A DNA stretch of 64,000 bases from Zygnema circumcarinatum SAG 698-1b (Eukaryota > Plantae > Zygnematophyceae). A program made the translations under genes and the position numbers. The stretch's first letter is position 1; each line of letters starts with the position of its first letter. The notes under the pieces were generated by a model that worked only from the letters and a program-made list of their open reading frames with translations, was not told the origin of the DNA and did no database searches. Of the stretch, positions 53,101 to 64,000 are shown one piece after another. The DNA is taken from NCBI GenBank assembly GCA_037447605.1, contig CM074809.1, positions 1,788,689-1,852,688 of the forward strand, written 5' to 3'.

Positions 53101-56100
53101 TACCCGAACCCCACCTCACTTGCCAGAATTTTCTTGATTGGGACACCGATTCATCACGTCGCAATCTCTGAAAGCTGCTCTGCCCTCCTTGAACGCTGTT
53201 GCTGCCAGTGCTGCTGCTGCTGGGAAGATGGGCGTCGACCTCACTTCCGTGACTCCCAAAACTTTTGAAACTGCAATGAAGAGGTGCGCGATGGAACTAT
53301 TTCAAAGCCATGGTACGGGCAAAAATAAGAGTGCTGATCAGCTCGCGTGCCAAATTCGGTACAAGAAGGGTAACCAGCAGAATGACAGAAACGAGATTTA
53401 ATGGGAGGGGTCCAGAAGCTCTGAACGTGACCTCAAAATTGGTAGGGGCAGGCAATTCAGAGACTATACAAAGACAACGCACGGTACACTTCTATTATTC
53501 GAACCATTTCCGACTGAGAATCCGGAACATAGTTGTGATGCTGGGACTGCATTGTGGAACGATCTTCGTTTTTTTTTTCTTTATTTTTTCTTTTTTTTAA
53601 CTATGAACCATTCGCGATTAGTGAATTGATCTTGTGCTGGCCAAACAACCTCTAAGTTTAGATAACCACAAATGAATACTCTCTGTTTGCCTTGACATGT
53701 GGACTCACTCATTGACCATGACAAACACTGAATTTGCGGATGCCATCATACCGTCTCACTTTCAGCACACTCCGGTCTCTCCTTCTTCCCACTCCTCCCC
53801 CTTCTCGCAATACCTCCTTCACTTCACATGCAACTCGTAAGTTCTCTTCCTCCTTGGTCACGTCTTCTCTCACTGCTCCGTTCACTTCTCGTACTTGATC
53901 ATGCAATTGCTGCAGCCTTTGCAAGTCGCCACTTAGTGTGAGCTTCCTCTGCTGCCCACCGCTGCCCGTCACAATGAGATTGTCAAGGTGTTGCATAATG
54001 CCCTTCACAGCCATCACTTCCTGCAAACACAACGAGGAGAGAGTCAGAGAAAGAAATAGCATAATGACAACAAATAACCCGGGTAATAACCCATGCTCAT
54101 CACTTATCAGAATAAACGCTACTCGTAAGACTATGAAACTCCTATTTTTCCTGCAGTTTCACAATCACCATCGTGAATGAAAGACTATCAACAAATCTGC
54201 TTTCATGTTTCTCCAGTAAGGCAAAGTAGACAACTCAATATAGCAAAAATTCACAATGCCCTGCAATCTTCCGCTTTCTTCCCTTACCTTCTCCAGCTTC
54301 AGGACCTTTTCCTCAACTGCCTTCCTCTTCTCGACCCGCCCAAGCATGGCTTTTCTTCTCTGTTCCCATCTCTTTTCCTGCCACAATCCGTCCTCCACTT
54401 CCATAAGTTCAACTGTATTCTCCCTACCTTCCATGTTACGCAGCCCCTGCTCTGCATTTTCTCTGCACCTCACAGCCACAAAAATGGAGTCAGCATCCAG
54501 TGCACATTATCTGTTCCACTCTCGTTTGCTCACTAAAATGTCGGGACCGGAAAAACTCAAACTCTGAAGTAAGAAAACACGCCTTCTCTCCGTACTGTTG
54601 AAAAACCTAAAGTGATGATAAAATGTTGAATGCACTTTCAATTCCTTCGCCAATGCCCCATTTTTGAAGGTCAGGCTGTCGTGTGAAAGGATCCCACGTC
54701 AGGGTTGCAAGGGAAATCATCAGATAGTGAAGAAGTCCAAGAGATTTTCAATCGCAGTTCGTCAGTTTATCATAGCGTGTACTGGTTCCCTGTAAAGGTT
54801 CTAGAAAACTCACTGTGGTTGAGTTGACGGTTTGCTTTCATGTGCGCGGACGCAGTCCCCCAAGCGGCGTCGGCTGATTCCCCACAACGTGGTACAAACA
54901 AAGGAAGGGTTCCGAAACACGCAGTTCATGAGCCACGCTATTTCATGCAATCATGCTCCGAATATTTTGGATTACTCTCAAAGGAAAAGGTCATCATGAT
55001 TGCAGTGTCTGAAAAGCTAAACATTCAACCATGACCGCTGAAAAGCTAGGAGCATTCACAACTGGAGAGTACTAATTCTTGATATATCGCTGCCATTGAA
55101 AGAGCTTCACTCCAGTCTTAAACTTGTTTAAGATTTGATTGTGTTGGGAAGAACGAGAACACAGGACCAACATCCCACACTGCACATCGGCAGAACTTCC
55201 TACTACACACCTGTCTTTTATCAGTCTTCCAGCCATAGAGTCGGGTTTCGCTTTCAGCCATCTACTATGTCTAGCAAACGCTCGCAACCAACTCGCACAA
55301 GTCCTCTCTGCTGTGATGATTGCCATCCGTCTCTCACGTTTGCTCACTCTTTTTTTCTTTCCGGCAACCTCTACATTTGTAACCGTGATTCCTGGGTAAA
55401 ACGGCAGCCAACCCAACTCTTCACAGATAACCTGCCAGAAGTGCAGCAGTCACTGAATTAGACAGTCACGAAATTTGTGGTAAGGCCAGGATTCAGATAC
55501 TTGCCAGAGTAACCTCCTCAAAAATAAGTCGCATATATTCCCAAACATAACTACAAGACTTTCAAGACCCCGCAGAACTTGTTCGCTCAGTGCCGAGCGA
55601 CACTGAAAGATGTTTTACACTTTCCCAAGTGAAAAAGTGGCCGGTGCATACATCAACGAAAAGCTGATATCGCAGAAGGTTGGTAAGCTCGGGGTAGAAG
55701 AGGACACATGCTCCTTCCAAGTACCTGCAAACCACAGCATGTACATGTGGCCATTCTATTGACTTGAAACATGTAGCTCTCTTCCTCGATAACGTCAACT
55801 ATGTATCATTGTGCTTTCCATGATGATAGCATCCCTGATGCTAAGATGCACTTCTATCGCACAACTCCCATGAAAACAAGAACAACGTAGTCATAAGGAA
55901 CAGACTCTTGAACTACACAGGCATACCTGCTCCTCCCTACCTTCATACCTGTTATTCTACCCTTTGCCTCTTGTCTGTAATAGTCTGACCTGAACATTAC
56001 CCTCTTCATTGAATGACATGCAACTCAGAGAACCCCCCTACCTTAGAAAAGTTGCAACTGCCTCATCGGTGTTCGCTTCCCCTTTGACCGCCAAGTATGT

Positions 56101-59015
56101 GCGTGTAGCTCGCCCAAGTGCCGTAAAAAATCCAAAGACTGCCAAATCAGCTTTCAGGGCCTGCAGCTCCGCAATCAAATAAAATGTCACTTCAAATTCC
56201 AGAATTGTTCAAACTAGCGAGCCCCCTTTCCAGGAATTGAATAGATAGCCATCGAAGGCATAAAGCCAAACATTTCCATCAGCAGACTTCACTCAAGTAA
56301 AGCAAGCTCCCATTTTACTTCATTTACAACGAATTTTCCAACTCACCTCGTGGTTCACATTGGCTCCTCGCCAATCTGCAAAAACTCCTTCCTGAACTAT
56401 GGCCGACTGCAACAGTGCTTCTATGGTTTGCACCCAAAATGCCCTTTCTTCCTCATCCTCATCACCACATCTCCGTTTCTTTCTGATTCCCCTAGTTGCG
56501 ACTTCCTCCCTTATGGCAGCCCTTTCTCGAAAAGCTGATAGAAACTCCTTCCTTAGACCCGCAAGCGACGTGCGCGTGAATACAACATCAATAGGCAGGA
56601 GTTGTGCCAGTAGTGAAAAATGTTCCTTGGTTTCATCACTTGCTAAAGACGAAAAGCCAGGACATGCAACTGCTTCAGGCCCCAGATGAGAGATTGCCCC
56701 CTGAACGTGTAAGGCCATGGTCACAACATCCGCATCGTTCACCCGTTTTGCATCGTCAGAATGTTTGTCACCGCCATTTGATACTTGGAAAAAAGGGTCC
56801 TTATCAAGAAGGACCTCTAGTTCTGCGACAGCTTCACCTGTTGCCCTCTCTCTAAACCATCTCTCCAAGTCTCCGCCCTTCTTCCCTAAAGCCTTATGAA
56901 TCTCTGCTTCCAATGGTTTGCATTGACGCAAGAAGCTGAACCCCGTGAACCCAATCCCAGAACGTGTGTCAAGAAGTAAGCCAATGGCATCACTTTGAAA
57001 GATGAGGGCCTCAAAAAATAGTTAAAGGTCAGGTTCAGGACTTGAATGACATAGTGCTATTCCTCACAGACCGAAATTAGATTTCGTCAACCGCACAAAG
57101 CGCAAGTTATAGCCTAAAAGGCCAGTGCAGAACTATATGTGAGGCGTCACTTAGTTGAGCGAAGAAGGAACATTGCTTGGAAGAGTCCCGCGAAGGGGAC
57201 AGCATATGCTTGCTGCGAGGCGTACCGACAGCTGTATACACACATGTATTGGCGTGTCCGGGTTCCTCTGTTATCTCTGTGTGTGAGAATGCTCACCTCT
57301 GAGTGATCAACCCAGTCACTTCACGCTCCTTATTGAACAAGTGATTTGCAATCTCCACAGCTGCAATGAGCAATGCCAGCACTGCACCCTACAGCGAAGC
57401 AAAAACAAACACGTTAAATTGCATGTACAATCATAAAGTCAGTTGGTGCAGGGAACAATACAGAAGCCCTGACTAGAAGCCTGCAAATGCCAGACTGCTA
57501 TCAGGTATCAGAATAAACCTTGGCTAGACGTAATAAGGTAACCCGATTAAATAGCTTGTCTTCTGTCTACTTTGACGCTACCCCATGGGTTTCCTGAATT
57601 GGGACTTTCAACCAGAAAAAACTCTAAAGAAATCTAGGCACAACATTTACCAAAATAATCCACCAAGCTTTTCATTTACAACTTGTACTCGTCATTATAG
57701 CCTTGTACGTTTTTTGAGCCACACAGGTACAGAGGCTCAATGCATAATCTTCTCCTTTGAGTGCATCAAATGATGTTTCGTTTGCAGCTTCAGGTCTAAT
57801 TCAATGCGATTTCTTATTAATATCTATGCATCATAATGCTAGAAAGTCCACGATGGCCATGACCTCTTCAGTTGTCACGACAAAACATCTTCTCATGTTC
57901 CAATACTTCCAAAAGACTCCTGCCATTTCTGAGATTTGATCCCGCTGGAAGCTACACGTCTGATTCTTGAAAATCGCTGCACAGAAATGGCCTGCCTGGC
58001 ACTCCCAGCTTCTGCTTTAGACAACGGACTACTTTCAAAGGCATCCTACCAAGCAAGTCATGCCATGGATACTGTTGCGCTTTTCTTGTATCTCAACAAA
58101 GGGTGAGGCAAACGCCACGTAAGGATATAACGGCATCCAACGCATGCGTAGGATTCATATTATACTAGCACCAACTGAAATCTACAGGGTTCTCCTGACA
58201 TTCGGTGCTGCAAAATCGGTGGCTTTAATTTTACATCACAGTGCAAGCATGTTGATCGTGGGCTATCAGACTTTAGACTAAACCACCTTGTGTACTCGCT
58301 AAACGTTTTTGATTCAACAGTGGTCCAAACCTGCTTAGAGACTTCTTTTAGAACATATCAGGAAAAATGGTCCTACCTGATATCCAAGAGTACAAAGCCA
58401 AAAGTTCGTATCGATCCCCAGCCAACGAGGCGTATACCACGGAGCCGGCGCCAAGGGCTCACGCTTGAACAACTCAGTTTGCAGCCTCAGTGCCAAATTG
58501 TGGAGAATCTCAACCAGGTTGTGGCCCGCTGGACTTCTTGCGGAAACCCCTGCATTTTCGAGGACCCGCCTATTCTTTTCCCACTCCCATGGCTCTTTCA
58601 ATTCCGTACTTCCAAGCGGCTCATCCTCCTCTAACAGATCCGAAGGAACTAGCTGCCAACTGCTCGTATCATCGTGAGCCCCCTCAGCGACCCTGGAGTC
58701 ACTCTCAACTGAAAAACTCTCCTCGACATTTCTGCGTTTTCCATCAGCTCCATGCGAAGCGTCGTTAACCTCGTCCCTTTCGGATCCTACCACCAGCTCT
58801 TGTTCAATTGATCCAAAACGGCGACCGCGACTTGGCTTCATATACTCATCTTGGGAGTCAGCTGGCTCAATCTCTGCACCAGTGGCAAGCTCAGACGAGT
58901 GCGCTACAGCATTCCACTCTGCATCATCTTCAATGCCCCGCTTCGCGCCGCTCCTCAACCCTTGAAGCTCAACCGTATTGCACCCCGCCTTCTGCTTCAA
59001 CTTCACAACCGCCAT
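50183..59015 (-). CDS. LETM1-like domain protein (plant At3g11560/At5g06220-type, organellar), multi-exon
   Basis: Collinear motifs: WLGIDTNFWLCTLGYQ (exon 1, 59015-~58375), ERAFWVQTIE, DLAVFGFFTALGRATR, YLEGACVLFYPEL..YQLFVDV, DAWRGTQLLSTDV...RTFVDVAAVIPIGILMLLP, LTPVGHGAIL and IPSSFSADRLDVARQLEQVR. Not all exon ends were resolved. Confidence 0.87.
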
Positions 59016-59235
59016 CCCTCCGTCCCTCCCGCCCTCAGCCCGTCCAGCCTGCCGGCATCCCTGCTGCTGCTGCTACCCTCATCCCTGCTCCTCTCCCCGG
59101 CTCGCGCCGCGCCGCAGGGACATGAGGGAGTGGGAGAGGAAGAGAGGAAGGAAGGGAGGGAGAGAGAGTAGACGGCGAGGGCGACAGTTTTCGTTCCCAA
59201 GGAGCTGCCCGGCCCCGCTGGCGTCCCTGGAGGCG

Positions 59236-59328
59236 GCCACGTGGCAGGGGCACTTGACGTGACGTGAGGGCGAGAGCGCCGCTCGCGGCGGTCGGCCGGC
59301 CGGTCTGCCACGTCGGACGCCACGTGGC
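59236..59328. promoter_or_regulatory. Dense ACGT-core cluster (two perfect GCCACGTGGC, TGACGTGACGTG, GCCACGTC) upstream of the LETM1-like gene
   Basis: GCCACGTGGC at 59236-59245 and 59319-59328, with further ACGT cores between them. Confidence 0.55.
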
Positions 59329-59476
59329 GCCCACCCTACGGATTGGGTACGGTTTTTAGTACGGCATTGTACGGCCTTGTACGGGCTACAAACGTTCCAA
59401 CCGTAGCAGAGGGAAACCACCAGTGGGAGGAGGACTCTGTTTCATTGAGGACGGGGGCGTTGGGGGGAAGGGATGC

Positions 59477-59646
59477 GGCATCATTGATCTCGCGTATGGA
59501 AGTGATGCCATCAGACGTACATGGACAAAGTGAGCATGGGTAACCACGAGGGACTGCCCGCTAAGGACCTAAGCACACAAAAAGAAAGCGCAAAGCTACG
59601 CCTAGGCTCAAACAAACGCAGCCCTCCCTCGAAGCAGCCGCGAAGG
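59477..59646 (-). repeat. Copy of the ~160-bp retroelement-3'-end repeat, reverse orientation
   Basis: The reverse complement reads CCTTCGCGGCTGCTTC...GCCTAGGCGTAGCTTT...GTGCTTAGGTCCTT...AGTCCCTCGTGGTTACCCATGC...TTTGTCCATGTAC...GAGATCAATG. Confidence 0.8.
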
Positions 59647-59713
59647 TCACCGATCGATGTGCGGCACATCACATCACATCGCGTGGAGGGACGTAACTGT
59701 ACCTACATACAAT

Positions 59714-59734
59714 TATATATATATATATATATAT
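59714..59734. repeat. (TA)n microsatellite
   Basis: About ten TA units, seen directly. Confidence 0.9.
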
Positions 59735-59759
59735 GTATAGTTGTATTTATATAGATATA

Positions 59760-59916
59760 GGGCGTGTCTTTGGTACTGTAGTAGAGCATGTAAGACTTAA
59801 CAAGAAGTTCGTGAGTTGACACCAAAACAAGCACTCTGGTGACACGCGATACGCTTTGTAGAGGAGTACTTCGGTAACTTTTTTTTTCGTAAGATTTCGT
59901 TAAGTCTGACATGCCC
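59760..59916 (-). mobile_element. MITE family 2 copy with a 24-bp insertion in one TIR
   Basis: TA-GGGCGTGTC[24 bp]AGACTTAA ... TTAAGTCTGACATGCCC-TA. The internal sequence matches the reverse complement of the 32931 and 33401 copies. Confidence 0.75.
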
Positions 59917-60710
59917 TAGTAGAAGGTGAGTGCGGTACTGCAACGCCAAGATGCACGCAGCACTGTTTGGAAAACCTTCCTCATTCCAGGCTGCATCCAA
60001 TTCACAGGAATTTGAGCGAACCCGTATACTATAGACACAAATGAGAGAGATGTGCCTCTTGGAGCCTGTCTCAGCAATGGTCCGCCTCACAGCATGCCAC
60101 AACCTTTTGTGGCTTATCAAATGCGTGATATGACATGTTGCTGAATCATTGAACATTGGCAACGTCTGTCCAAGGACTGGCAATCTCCGTATGGCAGCTT
60201 ACAGAGAAACAGGCACTGGCCGACTTTTCATCGAAACTTGATTTGAGGGTGCACAGATTCAAGAAAACCATGGCCGTAAGAACAATCTACATCGAACTGA
60301 ATTGAAATTAGCTTCAAGTTGCACCACGTGTCCCCAGTTCCTTGTAATTGTCTACCTCGTCAGTTGAACTGCCGGACTAAAATCCACTTAGAGGGTTCAG
60401 GTTGCTGACGCAGATAGCCTTTACATGGCACCATTGGAATTACAACCCTAAAACCTTCTGCCCGTGAATATACACTCATGACGAGTTTTCAACTCAAACT
60501 CGACACTGAACCGACTGTGGCACACTCAACCTGTGCAGTGCCTAATTAGTTGACCATAGCTTGCGCATGTTCCCCAAGTACGGGCCTGCAACGATTGTGG
60601 AAGGGAAAAAAGACTGCGTTGCCGCCTTCACAATGTGGACGACAAAGAAGAGCATGGGACCACAGGAAGAGGGAGACTGTGCTTTCCAGGGAAGAGGTAC
60701 ACGGGGACTA

Positions 60711-62975
60711 TTATTTTCCTCTGTACAAGGGCAAAACACTTGCAGTCAGCTTCATGAATTGATGTATATCATATCTAGCTTATCATTCAGAACATTGCGA
60801 CCAGCTTAAAAGGAGAAGAGAATCTAGTTCCAGCTTCAAAACAAATAGAAAACCAACCAGCAAATCTAGACATGTCGCTGCAATGCTGAAGCAATACAGG
60901 CACTCGAAGCAACTGAGGTTTTGAAACGGATGCAACGCCAGACCTAAACCTGAAAACATTTTTTTCCGATAACTTCGTGATCTTTGTATTGTAACTGCCC
61001 TCTTTAGTCGACGAGCTGACACTTGCATCCTGCCTTTTAGACCTTTGATGAAGGAAAGTCTTACGTATTCTGCATTAACGTGATATTGTCTCCTTTAAGA
61101 AGTATTCTCCCTGCAACATACACCAGGACCAAACGAGGAAGGAAAAAGTCTCAGCTTTGCAGCTCAGCACTATTTTGTGAGGGTAAGAAATCTTCTAAAC
61201 CGAGAGACCCTTGCAACCACAAGAATAAAATTCTCTTGATCCTAACCTGATGGAAATTAGCAAGAAAAATATGGATCAAAAGGCAAACGCCACAGATTGA
61301 ATCTTTCCAGTAAGGAAAACCAGAAAATGTCAACGATGTGATTTCAATGGCATATAGCGTTCTCCTGAGCATAGGGGAAAAAGGTGGTGCGTTTTCCGTC
61401 CAGAGCGACTGAGGCTTGAAAGGAATTAAAAGCTGCTCAGCTGACTAGACATGCGACGGAATGGACCCACCTAGGGCCTTCCGTGTCTTCTTCTTCATAG
61501 ACACCTCCTCGGCGTCCTCCAGAACTAGGTTCATATATTCATCGAATCCCTGTTACATTAACGATCACGATAGCGTCATACTTCGACTTTAGAACAATAG
61601 AATGCATGAGTTTTTGGCTATTAAAGAAACGTGCCACACAGCCTCCAGCCCTCATCGACTGTTAAAGGCGCCTATACTTGCACATGGCCCCACAAACAGT
61701 CATGACATACTACGCCAGCTTAAGGGTCTTTCAGTCACCTACCCCCCTTGAGGATCGTCCAAGCAAATTAGCCAAAAGAAACAGTGGACCAGAAACTCTA
61801 GTAAAAATGAATGACAAGGCAGGCAACCGCAATAACTGCTTGAAACGGCAGACAAAAAAGGGACGATAACCCTGACATCCTTCACTTACCCATTGCAGCT
61901 CTCGGGAAACAAAAGCGCAATCTACCGTAACAGGTAAAAGAAATCTGAGCGAAAGTCGGATTTACATAGTGAGAAACTTACAATAATTCTACCTTCGATG
62001 CGAAGATCCTTCTGCTCGAACAGCCAAATTTGAATCCGTGCTTTCTGTTCACACCATTGCATTTCTCCGCTACCAGTAAGGAGTGAAATTGACCACTGCA
62101 AATCTGTAACGCACAAAATATGCGGCTAGAGGAGTATGTAGGGCTAATGTAAACCACTCATAAAAACAAGAGCGTATATGAGAGCAGAATTAAGTAGACT
62201 TAAATCGCTCCCGACCAATAAACCCCCCTCCAAAATGAGTTTAAATGAAGAATAATCAGAAAAACGTTGATAGCATATAAGAAAGCGTTAATAATGAGAT
62301 TCAACATCACCACTGTAATCGTACACTCTAATTACAGCCACTGCATGAAGTCCAGTGAAAACCGACAAACAGTCGGCATTGCTATGCCCCACTGAACCCT
62401 AAAAACCCTACAAGCCCCGCTTTTCCGCTACCCGCGAAGAGTAAAACTCTCGACGACACAAAAAAGGGAAACTGGAATTCCAGTACCTATTGAACAACAA
62501 GAAAAAGGGGCACCACCTGGAGCATTGCAAGGGCTAGTAATTTAAGGGACAATAACTAAACGTGTTGCCCAAGATTACAGTACCCAGAAATGATCAGGGG
62601 AAGGCACTTACACTTTGCAGAAATCGAAAAATGAGATTCTGCAAAAGCAAGAAACCACCAATTCGAAAAATAAAATCAGAAAAAGGTATCACTCAACAAA
62701 TTAAGAAAACAGTTGGCGGCACATGTACCAAGCCACCCCCCTACAAACCTCGTTGCAGAACAAAACATCTCTCTCTACATTGCAGACAATTTCCTCACAA
62801 CTGCAGCACGACGATTCACTGACAATGCTACACCTTCCATAAATGCTTTCAAAACCCTTACGAAATCGCCTGCTTGTGCCATTTCAATTCGCATAAGGAA
62901 AAGTCTCCGCATGGACATGGAGCAGGTACTCACAATAGGCTGTGTCATAATCCGCTGAACCTTGGTGGTCGCCAT
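60711..62975 (-). CDS. SNRPE: Small nuclear ribonucleoprotein E (SmE)
   Basis: Exons 62975-62934, 62638-62612, 62044-61982, 61549-61471, 61110-61065 and 60720-60711 give [88 protein letters not shown]. Confidence 0.97.
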
Positions 62976-63191
62976 GGCTGCTCGTTGCGGTGCTCCTACC
63001 CGCCTGCTCAACCCTAATCAGCAAAGCCTACGTCCTCCCCCTTCCGCCTCTCCGGGCTGCACTGCCGAATTGTGGCGCGACGTATCGTATCGTATCTGTA
63101 ATATCGTATCACTGAAATTACGTTGTCTGAAATATCGCGTTCTATATCGTAGCCAATACTTGTCCGATCATATCGGTGAAATAGTACAGCA

Positions 63192-63251
63192 GCCGCTCGA
63201 TGTCCATGCCGCAGTTGCACGGTTTGTTTCAGCGCATGGACATCGAGCAGC
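63192..63251. other. Hairpin: 18-bp stem (one mismatch) with a 24-nt loop, ~220 bp upstream of SmE
   Basis: GCCGCTCGATGTCCATGC (63192-63209) pairs with GCATGGACATCGAGCAGC (63234-63251). Confidence 0.7.
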
Positions 63252-64000
63252 CAATTGCGGACTGCCACGTCATCACCTTTACACACATGGCATACAGTGA
63301 TTGGTTCTTGTTGAACAGGCTAAAACCTTGGAAGGGCGAAGCGAGTCTCCCTGAGCCCCTCCCTGGACCCTCCCGTGGAGCCGCGACTGAAGGAATACGG
63401 GACGGTATATGGGCGAGAGGGACAACCTCTGTTACCCATTCTGCGGCGCTGCTGGAGGAAGAGGGGAGGGAGGCGCGCGGCGGATGGGGTGAGCAGCGCA
63501 TGCTGTGCGCCATGCATTCTGGAGATTGATGTGCCTGTGTGGATGTATGTGTAGGTTGCGGGATTGACGGCGGCCGACATTGATTGGCGCTATCTTTTGC
63601 TGATAATTTGCATCCCTTGCATCGCAAGACTCGTGCATGTCTATGTTTGGAAGCAGCAATGCTGCTGCAGGTCTTGGGCTTCAATTTGAGCGTCCTGTTT
63701 TGTCTCGGCTGTCAAGTTTCCTGAGATTGATGGATGAGTGATCAGAAATAACCTACGTTTGTTTTTTGTTTGGGATTTTTTATCTGACGTGTCCAGTTGC
63801 TGCGGAGGGTTGAGTTGGAAGGTCTTTTCATAGTGTAACAACTCTTTGATTTCTGGTTGTTAAGTAGTGGAAGTTGAACTTCGTTTATGCACTTCAATTT
63901 GTTGGCCCTTCGTGTGCGCTTCACTTTCGTTTTCGTGTTTTTTTATAATCTACGAGGTTACTGAAGTCTTCCTAGTTCCTTTAGAAAAACTATGAAAAAC

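Noticed and set aside
58335-59015. Separate 226-aa gene
   Set aside because: It ends in WLGIDTNFWLCTLGYQ plus a donor site, so it is exon 1 of the LETM1-like gene.
63010-63018. Telo-box upstream of SmE
   Set aside because: It is only a partial match (CAACCCTAAT versus AAACCCTA) and too short to support.
63200-63529. 109-aa plus-strand ORF (MSMPQLHGLF...)
   Set aside because: No family was recognised, part of it is the hairpin, and there is no splice or start-context support. A blastp/tblastn search would settle it.

Overview
Gene-dense eukaryotic nuclear DNA from a green plant. It is a streptophyte, probably a non-seed lineage such as a zygnematophyte alga or bryophyte; the taxon is inferred from gene content and was not tested. 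Ten spliced protein-coding genes can be rebuilt by eye from GT-AG junctions: BRUTUS/HRZ hemerythrin E3 ligase (5'-truncated), mitochondrial ATP synthase 24-kDa FAd subunit, VPS39, a cyanobacterial-type M23 peptidase, NMNAT, a subgroup-IVb bHLH, an F-box/LRR protein, TRM61, a LETM1-like protein and SmE. A transposon nest at 30.8-33.5 kb holds a decayed CRE/R2-type non-LTR retroelement and two MITE families. Further copies of these repeats lie near promoters at about 49 and 59.5-59.9 kb. The most striking observation is an apparent iron-sensing module. The bHLH has a bHLH121/URI-like (IVb) DNA-binding domain but is predicted to end in D-x-x-I-R-P-P-A-A-stop, the C-terminal BRUTUS-interaction motif known from subgroup IVc bHLHs and IRON MAN peptides. 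It carries a CE3-like + G-box element in its promoter and lies about 26 kb from the BRUTUS gene. No rRNA, tRNA or CRISPR array was recognised.
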